A stretch of DNA of 64,000 bases, from positions 1 through 64,000 of the forward strand of contig JBBDMM010000010.1 in NCBI GenBank assembly GCA_040878325.1, read 5' to 3'. Positions 47,449 to 57,035 of this stretch are shown in pieces. The translations under genes and the position numbers were made by a program. The stretch comes from Acidimicrobiia bacterium. GTDB taxonomy: Bacteria; Actinomycetota; Acidimicrobiia; Spongiisociales; UBA11373. The first letter of the stretch is position 1, and every line of letters starts with the position of its first letter. A model generated the notes under the pieces. It did not search any database. It worked only from the letters and a program-made list of their open reading frames with translations, and was not told the origin of the DNA.

Positions 47449-48785
47449 CACACAACACACCACGAACCGCTGGCACCGTCTGGCTCCGGCGCAACTGGAA
47501 GCTCACCGACAACCCCTTCCCCACGAGCGGAATTGTTCGGCTCGGCGGCCTGGATCGTCGTGAGAATGGCCTGCTGTACGACGATCAAGTGAACGGCGTC
47601 AAGTACACGGAAGCGGTCGAGAAGTTTGTACTCGGCGCGGCGTTCTCAGGTCTCCGATTTGGGTTTCTCTGGTCGATGGGATTGGGGGGTGCCGACTCTG
47701 AAGCGCGTGGCTTCGGGAAGTCCGCGCTGATGCAGCACCTCGCATGGTCGTTGAATGAAGACTTCGGTCAGTCCGCGTATCTGTCGTGTGGCCTCGATGA
47801 GAGCGACGCGGCAGAGGCACCCATCTGCGGGCTGCTCACGAGCTTCGACACGACGCAGATCCGTAGTCTCGCTGCAGCCCTCTTCACCGCCGTTGAGTAT
47901 GCCGTCGACTTCAAGACGGAAGATGATGTGCCAACGCTGGCCGTGCGGCTGAGGAATCGTCTTGCTGCTATCGCGGGCTCGGACGAACCCTCCGAATTGG
48001 TCAACCTCGTTCTTGCGGAGCAACGCAAGTTGCGCGGACGCACGCTCGGCCCACCTGACGAGAAGTTGGTGAGGGCCTTGTGCGCGGACGAGCCGTCGCT
48101 TGCAATCGACTACCTCGATCAGGTCAAGCCGGCAACACGAACTCGCAGCGGTGCGAACTTCCTGTCGACGTTTCTCTTGTTTGCATCAGCAGCCGGGATG
48201 AAGCATGTGCTTCTTTGCTGCGACCAATTGGAGGACCTCGCGTCGACGACGACCGCGAAATCGAAGCGTGACCTTGAGACCGAACGGTTCCGCGATGTCA
48301 TTCTCGAGACGCTTCCAATGGCCGACATGCTGGCCGTCGTCGTGACGATGCATCCCCGTGCGGCGCTCGTCATCGGGTCGGCATGGCAGTTGGCCGATCT
48401 CCCGAGTTTCGAGCCGAACGAACTCGCCAATAGGCACCGTGTTGTGGTCCTTGAGGTGTTGAAATCCGTGGCAGAAGCCACCGGGCTGCTCCGAACCTAC
48501 CTAGATGCCGCGCGCAAACCGGACAGTGAGAGGAGTTCAGGCGATCTCCACCCGATGACCCAGGATGCCGTTGATGCGATGTTCGCGCGCTCGAATCGCA
48601 AGCCGAGGGACATCCTCCGGAAAGCACATGGAATATTCGAGTACGCCGCCGGAGAGAACGTCGAAGTCATCGATGGCCACATTGTCGCCCAGTACCTCGA
48701 CGCCCTTGGACCTGACGAGGACGACGCTGACGATCGGCCGAGCCTCGCGGGCCCAACCGGCGCGCCGGACTGGAGTTCGGGTTGA
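47445..48785 (+). CDS. P-loop ATPase (STAND/Cdc6/ExeA-like AAA+)
   Basis: N-terminal NPF, Walker A RGFGKS, Walker B VLLCCDQLE, C-terminal KPRDILR. Confidence 0.8.
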   Translation: MTHNTPRTAGTVWLRRNWKLTDNPFPTSGIVRLGGLDRRENGLLYDDQVNGVKYTEAVEKFVLGAAFSGLRFGFLWSMGLGGADSEARGFGKSALMQHLAWSLNEDFGQSAYLSCGLDESDAAEAPICGLLTSFDTTQIRSLAAALFTAVEYAVDFKTEDDVPTLAVRLRNRLAAIAGSDEPSELVNLVLAEQRKLRGRTLGPPDEKLVRALCADEPSLAIDYLDQVKPATRTRSGANFLSTFLLFASAAGMKHVLLCCDQLEDLASTTTAKSKRDLETERFRDVILETLPMADMLAVVVTMHPRAALVIGSAWQLADLPSFEPNELANRHRVVVLEVLKSVAEATGLLRTYLDAARKPDSERSSGDLHPMTQDAVDAMFARSNRKPRDILRKAHGIFEYAAGENVEVIDGHIVAQYLDALGPDEDDADDRPSLAGPTGAPDWSSG

Positions 48786-49519
48786 CCGCGGTGAGCTTGG
48801 CCGTGTTGTGTAGGGACTTGTTCCTTCTGGGCCATGCGCATGTCGCCGCTGGACAGGCCGGTGAAGGCCACGCCTTTGAGAGACGCGTGCGACACCATCT
48901 GGACGCTTCGGGACTGCCTACGGCTCAGGGCTTTCGCGTACTCGGGCGCCATAGTGTGTCCGGTCTGTACCACCAACTCGATGAGCAAACCCGTTGCGCC
49001 GAGGCGATGGTCGTCGGGGAATGGAAGGCGTACAGGGGAACCATCCCAAAGAACGACTTGTTGCGTTTCAAGGCGGCGACGGATGATTATTGGCTCTCGG
49101 GGCCACGACCGCCGGATGTCCCTGTTATCAGGGTGTTCGGTGGCACCGGTCGGGTAACCGAGGCAATGCGCATCTATGCGGCCCAGCACGGCATCGTGGT
49201 CGTGACTCCCGACCGGTGGCCGATTCCGACCGTACTGGACACTCGCTTGGTTTGGAGACCTGGCGATCTGGAGCCCGTCAGCGCGATTGACCACAAGACG
49301 ATGACGAGCCTCATCCGGCCCCTCGGTACGGTCCTCGCCCAACAGCCAGATGGATCGTGGCGGATTCCTCCTGTGCCAGCGGCCCCAGATCTTCGGCACC
49401 GACTCGACGTGTGGGCTCACCACTCGGATCGAGCATGGGGCTGGTGGGATGACAAAGTTCCTGAACGTTTCGACCTCTTGCTCGAAGAAGGGGCACGCGG
49501 ACTCGGGAGGGTCGCGTGA
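48782..49519 (+). CDS. PD-(D/E)xK restriction-endonuclease-like protein
   Basis: GHAFE..HQLD..VGEWK motif pattern; TTGA overlap. Confidence 0.7.
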   Translation: MTAVSLAVLCRDLFLLGHAHVAAGQAGEGHAFERRVRHHLDASGLPTAQGFRVLGRHSVSGLYHQLDEQTRCAEAMVVGEWKAYRGTIPKNDLLRFKAATDDYWLSGPRPPDVPVIRVFGGTGRVTEAMRIYAAQHGIVVVTPDRWPIPTVLDTRLVWRPGDLEPVSAIDHKTMTSLIRPLGTVLAQQPDGSWRIPPVPAAPDLRHRLDVWAHHSDRAWGWWDDKVPERFDLLLEEGARGLGRVA

Positions 49520-50178
49520 CGCTTCTATCAAAGTGCCGCAAGTGCCGATCGATACTCGCACCATGGGAGGTGGCGGCCGGCGGCTGTAGGTGCGAGGGCC
49601 CGAGAACGAAGAGTCTCGCCGAAGTGTTCTACTCGGTGTTATGCACAGCGCAGGACCCGCTGCCTCGCTACGACATCTTGCGAATCGCCAAGGCGGACTT
49701 CGACACCTTCGCTGGTGACATGACGGCGACCGCCGTTCTGGCTGCCGACAAGCGTTTCGTGTGGACAGGCCGTGGCGTTTACGGCCTCTACAGGCATGGC
49801 CCGCTGCCGGGAGCACGCAATCTTGAGGAAGTATCCAGACTCGTGTTGGCCGCGGTCGGGACCCTCCACGTTGACAGCCTGGCGTTCATCCTCAAGCAGC
49901 TTGGATACCGTTTTTCACTTGCGTCACTCCGTAACGCGCTCAGCAGATCTGAGTACATCACGTGGAGGGGCGGCTGGCACCATGCGTCTAGCGACATAGC
50001 GCGCCGGGCCCTTCGCTCCGACCTTCGTGCCGTTCCGGGCAAGGAGGCGGCGGAGTTTGATGAGATCATTGACAGGCTCCGGATTGTGGGCAATCGCGCA
50101 GTCGCCCGGCGCAAGAGGATCGTGAGCGCCCCCCGTACCCTGTCGGAGATCTCCGGGATCGATTGGGGTGGCGCTTGA
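49516..50178 (+). CDS. Zn-ribbon-like plus tandem HARE-HTH-like DNA-binding protein
   Basis: CRKC..CRC N-terminus; DKRFVWTGRGVYGL resembles the HARE-HTH / RNAP-delta wing; second HTH follows. Confidence 0.6.
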   Translation: MTLLSKCRKCRSILAPWEVAAGGCRCEGPRTKSLAEVFYSVLCTAQDPLPRYDILRIAKADFDTFAGDMTATAVLAADKRFVWTGRGVYGLYRHGPLPGARNLEEVSRLVLAAVGTLHVDSLAFILKQLGYRFSLASLRNALSRSEYITWRGGWHHASSDIARRALRSDLRAVPGKEAAEFDEIIDRLRIVGNRAVARRKRIVSAPRTLSEISGIDWGGA

Positions 50179-50496
50179 GGGACGGTGGGGTTCCGTGACT
50201 CGAGATTTCCCAATACGCAGCGAAGCAACTACCGGTTCCATATGGCAACGTCGATAGCGATCATGGGAGGCGTCAAAAGGGGTGACGCCGAATCGCTTGC
50301 TGCCGTCGATCTCTCATTAATCAAGCACTCCCTGAATCCTGCCTACAAGGCCGTCGATAAGGTCATGAACAAGGAGGTCGCCCCTGCAACACGCTAGACC
50401 AAGTCGCAAAGTCCTCGATCTCCACCCGCAATCGCCAGCCCCGGCATCGCGCCGGTCGGCCTGTCTATTGTGCGGCCCGGCGCGGGAGGACACAGT

Positions 50497-52398
50497 TTGA
50501 ACTGGCTATGGGATCAGACCGATGCTGGGAAGATCGGTCTATCTGGCGATATCGCGAAACTGTTCCGACACGAGGAGCCCAAGCAGCCCGGCGTCTTCGC
50601 TCAAGATGCACCACCTGCTGCCGCCACTCTGCTTGCCCGCGAAGTGATCCAGAACTCCTGGGACGCAGCGATCGAGCTCAAGGAGCAGCTAGGCCCCTCG
50701 GCGGATCATCAGTTCTCGATCACCTTCGAATTCGCCGACTTGATCGGTGATGAGAAACGCGCGCTAATCGAGGCGCTCGACCTGGCAGGCCTGGCCGACC
50801 GGGTCGGGCAGATCGATCGCCGGTCGATTGGACTGGGCCAGCACGACTGCCTTGATCAACTCGATGACTCGGGGGCCCCCCTGAGCGTGCTGAGGATCCT
50901 TGAGCACGGTGCCACCGGGATGTATGGGCCGTGGACCCAGAACAAGTCACACATGTATCTGGCTCTCGTCAGCCTCGGGTATACCGAGAAGTTGGCTGGC
51001 GCTGGTGGGTCATATGGGTATGGGAAAGCCGGATTGATCAACGGGTCCCGGATACGGTCTGTGATCGCGTACAGCTGCTTCGCCGAGCGGCAGGATGACC
51101 CCGGTGTTACCCGGCGGCTTTTGGGGATGACGTATTGGGGCCAGCACGACATCGGCGGTGCCAATTTCACCGGGATTGGAAGCCTCAGCACCGGAAGAGG
51201 TGGCCTAATCGAGCCCCATATCGATGATGAGGCAGACAGCGTCGCCGCCTCGATGGGCTTCACCGCGAGAAGTAGTGATGAGGTCGCTGGGCTCGGCACA
51301 TCCTTCCTCCTCATCGATCCAACGGTTGGGCCGGAGGATCTGAGGCGGGCCATCGAGCGATCATGGTGGCCGGCCCTGCACGAGGGCGACTTCATCATCG
51401 ATATCACCGGTGCAGACGGGTCGTCCCACCCGCCGCGCCCGATGCAGGACGAGACCCTGCGGTCGTTCATCGATGCGTGGGAACTGGCGGTCGGACGCCG
51501 AGACGCTCGCCGCGACGAGTGGGCGAGCGAGCTGTCAGGCCCGAGCGCCGCATCCCCAGATGGCGAACGTTTCGACGCCGTCGGGAACCTGGGCTTGGTC
51601 GCGGATCTTTCGGGCTGGTCCTACGCGGACGCGCAGGTCGGGCCCGAGGACGAAGAGGTCAGCCAAAAGAGTCTCGTTGCGCTGACCAGGGGACCCCGCA
51701 TGGTCGTTGAGTACTTTGTGGCTGGGCAGAGTCCGCCCTATCTGCGTGGGGCGTTCAGTGCTTCTTCCGAGATAGACGACCTGTTGAGGCGAACTGAGCC
51801 CAAGGCCCACGATTCCTGGAGAACCAAGCCAAGCGACGGGGAGGTCGACCCCTATGCGGCGACTTTGGCAGACCATGTCATCAAGCGAATTCGCTCTGCG
51901 GTCAACAACCATCGCGGTCGCCTCAAGCCGGCAGTGCCCCCACCCGAGGATCTGAACCTTCCGTTCTTCAATGAGATCATGCGGCGAGTCATGTCGGGTG
52001 CAGGGAAGGGAACTCGACAGCCTGTACCCGAGGTGCGCGAGATTTCGATTCATCTCAGGCAGGGCCCCAGGGAGTCCTCAAACGGATTGATCGAAATGGA
52101 GGGCACCGCGACGTTCTCATTGTCGGACCATTACGACGGGGAATCGGCGGATGTAGAGGTGTCGATCTCCTACAAGTTCATCGAAGATGGCCGCGTCGGG
52201 GCGTCGGCGGACCTAACCCTTTCAGCGCCCGACGGTGCCGTCGCCGTTGGGCCTGGGGTGTACCGTGCCAGGCTTGATCGCGAGAGCACGATCGCGATCG
52301 GCTTCTGCTCGGAACCCTATGACCCCCGGTGGTCCGGACGGCTATTTGCCAATGCCGAGATCACAAAGGTTGCTCACTCGGGAATAGCTACCGAATGA
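50497..52398 (+). CDS. GHKL (MORC/HSP90-like) ATPase domain protein
   Basis: REVIQNSWDA (N box), EHGATG (G1-like), GGSYGYGK (G2); GGAGG RBS before TTG. Confidence 0.8.
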   Translation: MNWLWDQTDAGKIGLSGDIAKLFRHEEPKQPGVFAQDAPPAAATLLAREVIQNSWDAAIELKEQLGPSADHQFSITFEFADLIGDEKRALIEALDLAGLADRVGQIDRRSIGLGQHDCLDQLDDSGAPLSVLRILEHGATGMYGPWTQNKSHMYLALVSLGYTEKLAGAGGSYGYGKAGLINGSRIRSVIAYSCFAERQDDPGVTRRLLGMTYWGQHDIGGANFTGIGSLSTGRGGLIEPHIDDEADSVAASMGFTARSSDEVAGLGTSFLLIDPTVGPEDLRRAIERSWWPALHEGDFIIDITGADGSSHPPRPMQDETLRSFIDAWELAVGRRDARRDEWASELSGPSAASPDGERFDAVGNLGLVADLSGWSYADAQVGPEDEEVSQKSLVALTRGPRMVVEYFVAGQSPPYLRGAFSASSEIDDLLRRTEPKAHDSWRTKPSDGEVDPYAATLADHVIKRIRSAVNNHRGRLKPAVPPPEDLNLPFFNEIMRRVMSGAGKGTRQPVPEVREISIHLRQGPRESSNGLIEMEGTATFSLSDHYDGESADVEVSISYKFIEDGRVGASADLTLSAPDGAVAVGPGVYRARLDRESTIAIGFCSEPYDPRWSGRLFANAEITKVAHSGIATE

Positions 52399-53384
52399 GT
52401 AGAGAGACCAGGACGGTCCGCCCCTTCGTCGGTCTTGATGCCCTTGAGCGGTGCTTGGATCACACGACCCTTTACTTCGGCCAGGAACCGTGTGAACCCA
52501 ACTCAAGTTTAGCAGCTGACATAGAGATCCATGAGTTCCTGATAAGGCCCGTATCGCTGGAGTGGGTGCCCGAGGGCCAGTTCGAGGCCTTCCGCGCTGG
52601 ACTCCTAGAGGCATGCGTTGCGGCGGGTATAGCCCCTGAGTCTGTGAGTCTCGCTGCGGTTGCGATGAGCGGCTTTCTGAAGCTGTCGCAGGTGGTGCTC
52701 AATGTTTCGCTTGTGGAGCTCGATCGTCTGGATCGCGTTGTCGACCTCGCCGCTGACCCACGTCCTGACCCGTTTCGCACTCCGTTCAACGGATTCGGTG
52801 TCGACGTGTATCTCCTGCTTTCGGAGGCCGTCGATGCTCGGCCCCTGAAGCCGTCGAAGAAAGGAACCTGGCTCTCGCGGGTCAGTTTCCGAATCGACAC
52901 GCACCTCGCGCCAGCCCTGCTTCCGCCCACTCCGCTGACCGGTGAGCTCCGACAGCAACTGGGCCTTCCGGCTCGCACGCTTCGATATTTGCAGTTCGGG
53001 GATCACGATCTCCTCGAGCCCTACCGTGAGCAGGAACAGCCAGTCTTCTACGTCGACGAAGACATCCTCGCGCAGCTAAGCGTTCGTCGGACGTCGGCTG
53101 CGAGCAAAGCGATCCAGCTTCAGCTAGCCCAGGACTTCGTGGCCGCGGTGGTTCGTCGCGCCGCAGGTCAGCCGGATCTTGAGACGGTCGCCTACGACGA
53201 TGTTCGCGAGAGTCTCCTCGGTAGCGTCATCCGGCTCGCCGCCGGTCCAAAAGCCTTGGATGGCGATCGGCAAACCCTTCTGGTGATGGTCCGCAACGAC
53301 CCCGAGTACGTCATCGCCAGAGCCGAGCACTTCGTCGATGTGGCAAGCGGATTTGTAAATGTCCTGAAGGACGGGGACTCATGA
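52395..53384 (+). CDS. Hypothetical protein in the methylase operon
   Basis: 329-aa ORF, ATGA-coupled at both ends. Confidence 0.75.
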   Translation: MSRETRTVRPFVGLDALERCLDHTTLYFGQEPCEPNSSLAADIEIHEFLIRPVSLEWVPEGQFEAFRAGLLEACVAAGIAPESVSLAAVAMSGFLKLSQVVLNVSLVELDRLDRVVDLAADPRPDPFRTPFNGFGVDVYLLLSEAVDARPLKPSKKGTWLSRVSFRIDTHLAPALLPPTPLTGELRQQLGLPARTLRYLQFGDHDLLEPYREQEQPVFYVDEDILAQLSVRRTSAASKAIQLQLAQDFVAAVVRRAAGQPDLETVAYDDVRESLLGSVIRLAAGPKALDGDRQTLLVMVRNDPEYVIARAEHFVDVASGFVNVLKDGDS

Positions 53385-54073
53385 CCTACCCCGTCCTGAC
53401 CGGAACGAAGTGCGCAGAGCTCGCTCGGCAGCTCTTGCAGGGGACGTCCCCTGCGATCGAGGCGTTTGCCGACTGGGTGGGCGTTGGCCCTGAGGTCGAC
53501 CTCGGCCCGATTGAGCGGGCTGCGGCGCTGATTCTCGCCGAGATGACGTCCGCCGGTGATTCCGACAAGGACATGTTCGAGGGCCGTTACTGCGTGCTCA
53601 TTCACGACGCGTTGGCGGCGGTTCCGATCGAGATTCGGGATGACCGGGGCTTCTGGCGGTTCCTCGCCCTCAAGTACTTCTGGCCATTCATCAAGTGGCG
53701 CGAGGCAGAAGCGTTCGAGCGTGAGAACCACCTGAGATATGTGGACGCTGCCTCCAGTACGGAGTCAGTCATCACTCGAATGCACCTTCGGGCGGCGGCA
53801 GTCGGCGGTCAGGAGTGGGCGCGTTTGGCTGGTGGAATCCCCAAGTCCACGGACTTCTGGCGCAGTCACATCCTTAGAGTGCGAACCTGTACCGCGCCGC
53901 CGGTGGCGAGGGCCTTTGCGTCTCGCCAGATGGACGAGAGGCTCAGCACCCCCTTGGTTCGGCAAGTAGCGCGCCGGGTGAATCGAACATGGACGAACGT
54001 GGAGTTGCACCTTTACGATGACGATGAGGCGCGCGATCTCATCGATGATCTCTGGTTGGGTGATGCCGAGTGA
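53381..54073 (+). CDS. DUF6339-like protein
   Basis: D.GFWRFLALKYF..IKWR and ITRMHLRA resemble my recollection of DUF6339; coupled to the methylase. Confidence 0.55.
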   Translation: MTYPVLTGTKCAELARQLLQGTSPAIEAFADWVGVGPEVDLGPIERAAALILAEMTSAGDSDKDMFEGRYCVLIHDALAAVPIEIRDDRGFWRFLALKYFWPFIKWREAEAFERENHLRYVDAASSTESVITRMHLRAAAVGGQEWARLAGGIPKSTDFWRSHILRVRTCTAPPVARAFASRQMDERLSTPLVRQVARRVNRTWTNVELHLYDDDEARDLIDDLWLGDAE

Positions 54074-55392
54074 CTGAACGGCTGGTGATGGATACTTACT
54101 CGGCTCTGCAAGGTGGTAGGCAGACCTTTGAGGGGGTCGCCGGGCGCGTCGTGCATCGGTTGTCATTGGGCGCTCTCCGGTCGACGTCATCCGTGGCATC
54201 TCCCGACTGGGCAAACTCCGATCCCAAAGGCGCGTGGTGGCGCGCCTACCTCGAGGGCAGCGTTCCGGTTCCAGGGGTCGTCGAGAGTCGCGTGCTGCGC
54301 ACCGTCGATCTTTTCTGTGGACCCGGTGGCTTGGCCAATGGACTCAAGGCCTTGTGTTCTGACCTCGGCGTTACGGTGGTTTCAGAGCTGGCGGTCGATC
54401 AGGATCCGAACGCCACGGTCGTGTACGCGGCGAACCACGGGACCCGCCGTCGTTCGACTGATTCGGTGGCTCGGCTAGTCGACTTCAGCGTCCGCAAGCG
54501 GCCCGAAGGTGCCGATTTCACATATCCACCGGACTTGACCGACCGCGGGCTTTCGCAAGCGATCAACGGGGTCGATTTGGTCCTGGCAGGACCACCGTGC
54601 CAAGGCCACTCGAACCTGAACAACCACACCCGCCGTGAGGATCCTCGTAACAGCCTGTACTTGACCGTGCCGGCATTCGCGGTCGCGATCGGCGCGCCGA
54701 TGTGCATTATCGAGAATGTCCCGGCGGTCCTGAACGACTCCACTCGTGTCGTTGAGATTGCGAGATCCCTATTCGAGCGCAACGGATACCACGTCGAGAC
54801 TGGGATGCTGTCAGCCGCTCACATGGGTTGGCCCCAAACCAGGCGTCGCCACTTCCTAGTCGCGCGGCGCGAGGTGCCGCCCATTCCTTTGGACACGGTC
54901 GCTCGCACGCTGGGGGAGGATTCCCCGAGATCCGTTTGGTGGGCGATCGGGGATCTCGAGGACATCACGAGCGACAGCCTTCTCGACGCCGTCACCGGGC
55001 TCTCTGCCGAGAACGTGAGCCGGATCGACTGGCTGTTCGACAACGATGAGCACGACCTGGCACTGCCGGAGCGCCCGGTGAGCCACAGGGGTGGAACCAC
55101 CTATACGGCCGTCTACGGGCGCCTACAAAAGGATGCACCGTCCCAGACAATCACCACTGGATTCATGTCGCCGGGTCGGGGCAGATACGTGCATCCGACT
55201 CGCCGTCGCGTCTTGACGGCGCATGAAGCCGCTCGCATCCAAGGGTTCCCCGACACTTATGCATTCAATCCGAATCCATCCCAGCCACCGACGCGGGCCC
55301 TTCTTGCCAAGTGGATTGGCGACGCAGTCCCTATGCCCCTCGGATATGGAGCTGCGCTTTCGGCCCTAGGGGGTGGGCTTGGCCAAGAATGA
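54070..55392 (+). CDS. dcm: DNA (cytosine-5)-methyltransferase
   Basis: VDLFCGPGG (I), GPPCQGHS (IV), ENV (VI), QTRRRHF (VIII), EAARIQGFPD (IX), IGDAVP (X). Confidence 0.95.
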   Translation: MTERLVMDTYSALQGGRQTFEGVAGRVVHRLSLGALRSTSSVASPDWANSDPKGAWWRAYLEGSVPVPGVVESRVLRTVDLFCGPGGLANGLKALCSDLGVTVVSELAVDQDPNATVVYAANHGTRRRSTDSVARLVDFSVRKRPEGADFTYPPDLTDRGLSQAINGVDLVLAGPPCQGHSNLNNHTRREDPRNSLYLTVPAFAVAIGAPMCIIENVPAVLNDSTRVVEIARSLFERNGYHVETGMLSAAHMGWPQTRRRHFLVARREVPPIPLDTVARTLGEDSPRSVWWAIGDLEDITSDSLLDAVTGLSAENVSRIDWLFDNDEHDLALPERPVSHRGGTTYTAVYGRLQKDAPSQTITTGFMSPGRGRYVHPTRRRVLTAHEAARIQGFPDTYAFNPNPSQPPTRALLAKWIGDAVPMPLGYGAALSALGGGLGQE

Positions 55393-55696
55393 GAGTTGGT
55401 CGGATACTGAGATCAGGGCCTCGCTCGAGTGCTACACGGCCATGGTGTTGCTAGAGCATGCCGGCATCGGGTTCTCGAAGGCCGACTTCCGTCGATTAGT
55501 AGAAGGGATGCTCGCCGGTCGATCTGAGAAGGCGATCGACTTCAAGTGGTGCAATGTCAGCGCCATCCTTGAAGAATCCGGGTTCTCCTATTTAAGCGCG
55601 TACAAGCCGATGGAGCACTATCAGGAGCGACTGCGAGAACTGACCGGCGTCTGGATGCTCGAGCACCCGCTTCTCCGCAAGCTCCTGAGCGGGTGA
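55373..55696 (+). CDS. Stand-alone helical domain resembling the N-terminus of HNH/DUF3883 restriction nucleases
   Basis: WSDTE..Y..M..E, GRSEKAIDFKWCNVSAIL, YKP; no nuclease domain follows. Confidence 0.65.
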   Translation: MGLAKNESWSDTEIRASLECYTAMVLLEHAGIGFSKADFRRLVEGMLAGRSEKAIDFKWCNVSAILEESGFSYLSAYKPMEHYQERLRELTGVWMLEHPLLRKLLSG

Positions 55697-55700
55697 GCTG

Positions 55701-56126
55701 TTGGTCGTGAGCGGACCTTCCGCCAGCTCGCCTGCTGCCCTCAAGCGGATGCAGGCGACTCGTCGGCGCGATACCCCGAAGGAGGTCGCCCTACGGAGTG
55801 CGCTCCACCGCCTGGGACTGCGGTTTCGGCTCCACCGACCGATCGAAGGTGTCGCTCGAACCAGGCCCGACGTCGTCTTCATATCGGCCCGGGTAGCTGT
55901 ATTCGTGGACGGATGCTTCTGGCATCGCTGTCCCGAGCACGGGACCGACCCCAAGGCGAACACTCGATGGTGGAAGGAGAAGTTGGACCGCAACGTCGAG
56001 CGCGACCGGCGGGTGGGCGAGCAGCTCGCCGAATTGGGATGGAGGGTGATGCGGATTTGGGAACACGAAGACCCTGATCAAGCTGCGGACCGGGTAAACG
56101 CGGCTGTCCGTGCGTTACAGCGATAG
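55701..56126 (+). CDS. vsr: Very short patch repair endonuclease
   Basis: RMQ..RRDTPKE, RPDVVF, FVDGCFWHRCPEH, NVERD, GWRVMRIWEHE. Confidence 0.95.
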   Translation: MVVSGPSASSPAALKRMQATRRRDTPKEVALRSALHRLGLRFRLHRPIEGVARTRPDVVFISARVAVFVDGCFWHRCPEHGTDPKANTRWWKEKLDRNVERDRRVGEQLAELGWRVMRIWEHEDPDQAADRVNAAVRALQR

Positions 56127-56199
56127 CTCTTCCGCTGGACGGTCGAACCTCGACACTCACGCTCGATCGAAGTGCTCGACGCTTCGCGTCGGTGAAACC

Positions 56200-56221
56200 C
56201 GTCGCGCTCGCGGCGTATCGT
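56200..56221 (+). promoter_or_regulatory. RecA-NDp/PafBC-like promoter, probably leaderless
   Basis: CGTCGC-N10-TATCGT, 7 nt before ATG 56229. Confidence 0.45.
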
Positions 56222-56228
56222 CCCCGCA

Positions 56229-57035
56229 ATGGTTTCAGGCGAGGGGCAACGAGTCATCGACACCGTGATCACGCGTCAGCGCGATTGGGCGGCCGGCCGA
56301 GCGCTCGATCCGAGCGGCACGCGGTTCTTGCATCCAGAGGATGCGCTTCAGGTCGAGCTTGATCCGACGACACGCGCCGAGTTTGCAGCCGGTGCCGGGG
56401 GAGAACTCGATCGCCTCACCAGCCTGCGCAGCTCGAGCTGTCTGGCCATCAACGTCTTTTCCCCTTGGCGTGGCTCGCCCGGCCCGGTACTCGATGCTCT
56501 TGGGTGGAACGTGAGCCAGGCGCCCCTGCAGTTCGAGGCCCGGCAGCCGACCGGATTGGGAGGTGTCGCGCCGCATCTCGACGTACTTGCCTCTGGGACC
56601 GGAAAGGCACTCGGGATCGAGTGCAAGTTTCTCGAGCTGTACGCCGAGGCGAGGAACACCTTCCGCCCTTCGTACTTTGATCGCGACGGTCTGTGGAGGG
56701 GGCTACCTCGGGCTGAGGCGTTGGCGCGAAGCATCGCCGAGGGATTGGTGAGGTTCCGATGGTTGGCGGCCGGTCAGTTGGTGAAGCATGCGCTTGGCTT
56801 GTCCAAGAACCAGCCGGACGGCTTCGCGCTTCGGCTTGTGTGGTATCGGGTAGAGGGGCCGATCGCCGACGCGCTCGAGACTGAGATCGCGGACTTCGGG
56901 CGAGCGGTGGGGGAGGAGCTGTCATTCGAGGCGATCACCTATCAGCGGCTCATCTCGGCGCTGCGACAATACGCCGAACCGATTCCGGGCTACTTCGACT
57001 ACCTCGCGGCGCGCTACGGGCTCGACGGGCGATGA
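56229..57035 (+). CDS. PD-(D/E)xK putative restriction endonuclease (PGN_0703-like)
   Basis: LRSSSCLAINVF, FE, PHLDV, GIECKFLE, QLVKH. Confidence 0.75.
   Translation: MVSGEGQRVIDTVITRQRDWAAGRALDPSGTRFLHPEDALQVELDPTTRAEFAAGAGGELDRLTSLRSSSCLAINVFSPWRGSPGPVLDALGWNVSQAPLQFEARQPTGLGGVAPHLDVLASGTGKALGIECKFLELYAEARNTFRPSYFDRDGLWRGLPRAEALARSIAEGLVRFRWLAAGQLVKHALGLSKNQPDGFALRLVWYRVEGPIADALETEIADFGRAVGEELSFEAITYQRLISALRQYAEPIPGYFDYLAARYGLDGR

Noticed and set aside
50185..50397. Short ORF between the two island operons
   Set aside because: No recognisable motif or clear RBS; may be a gene remnant but cannot be supported
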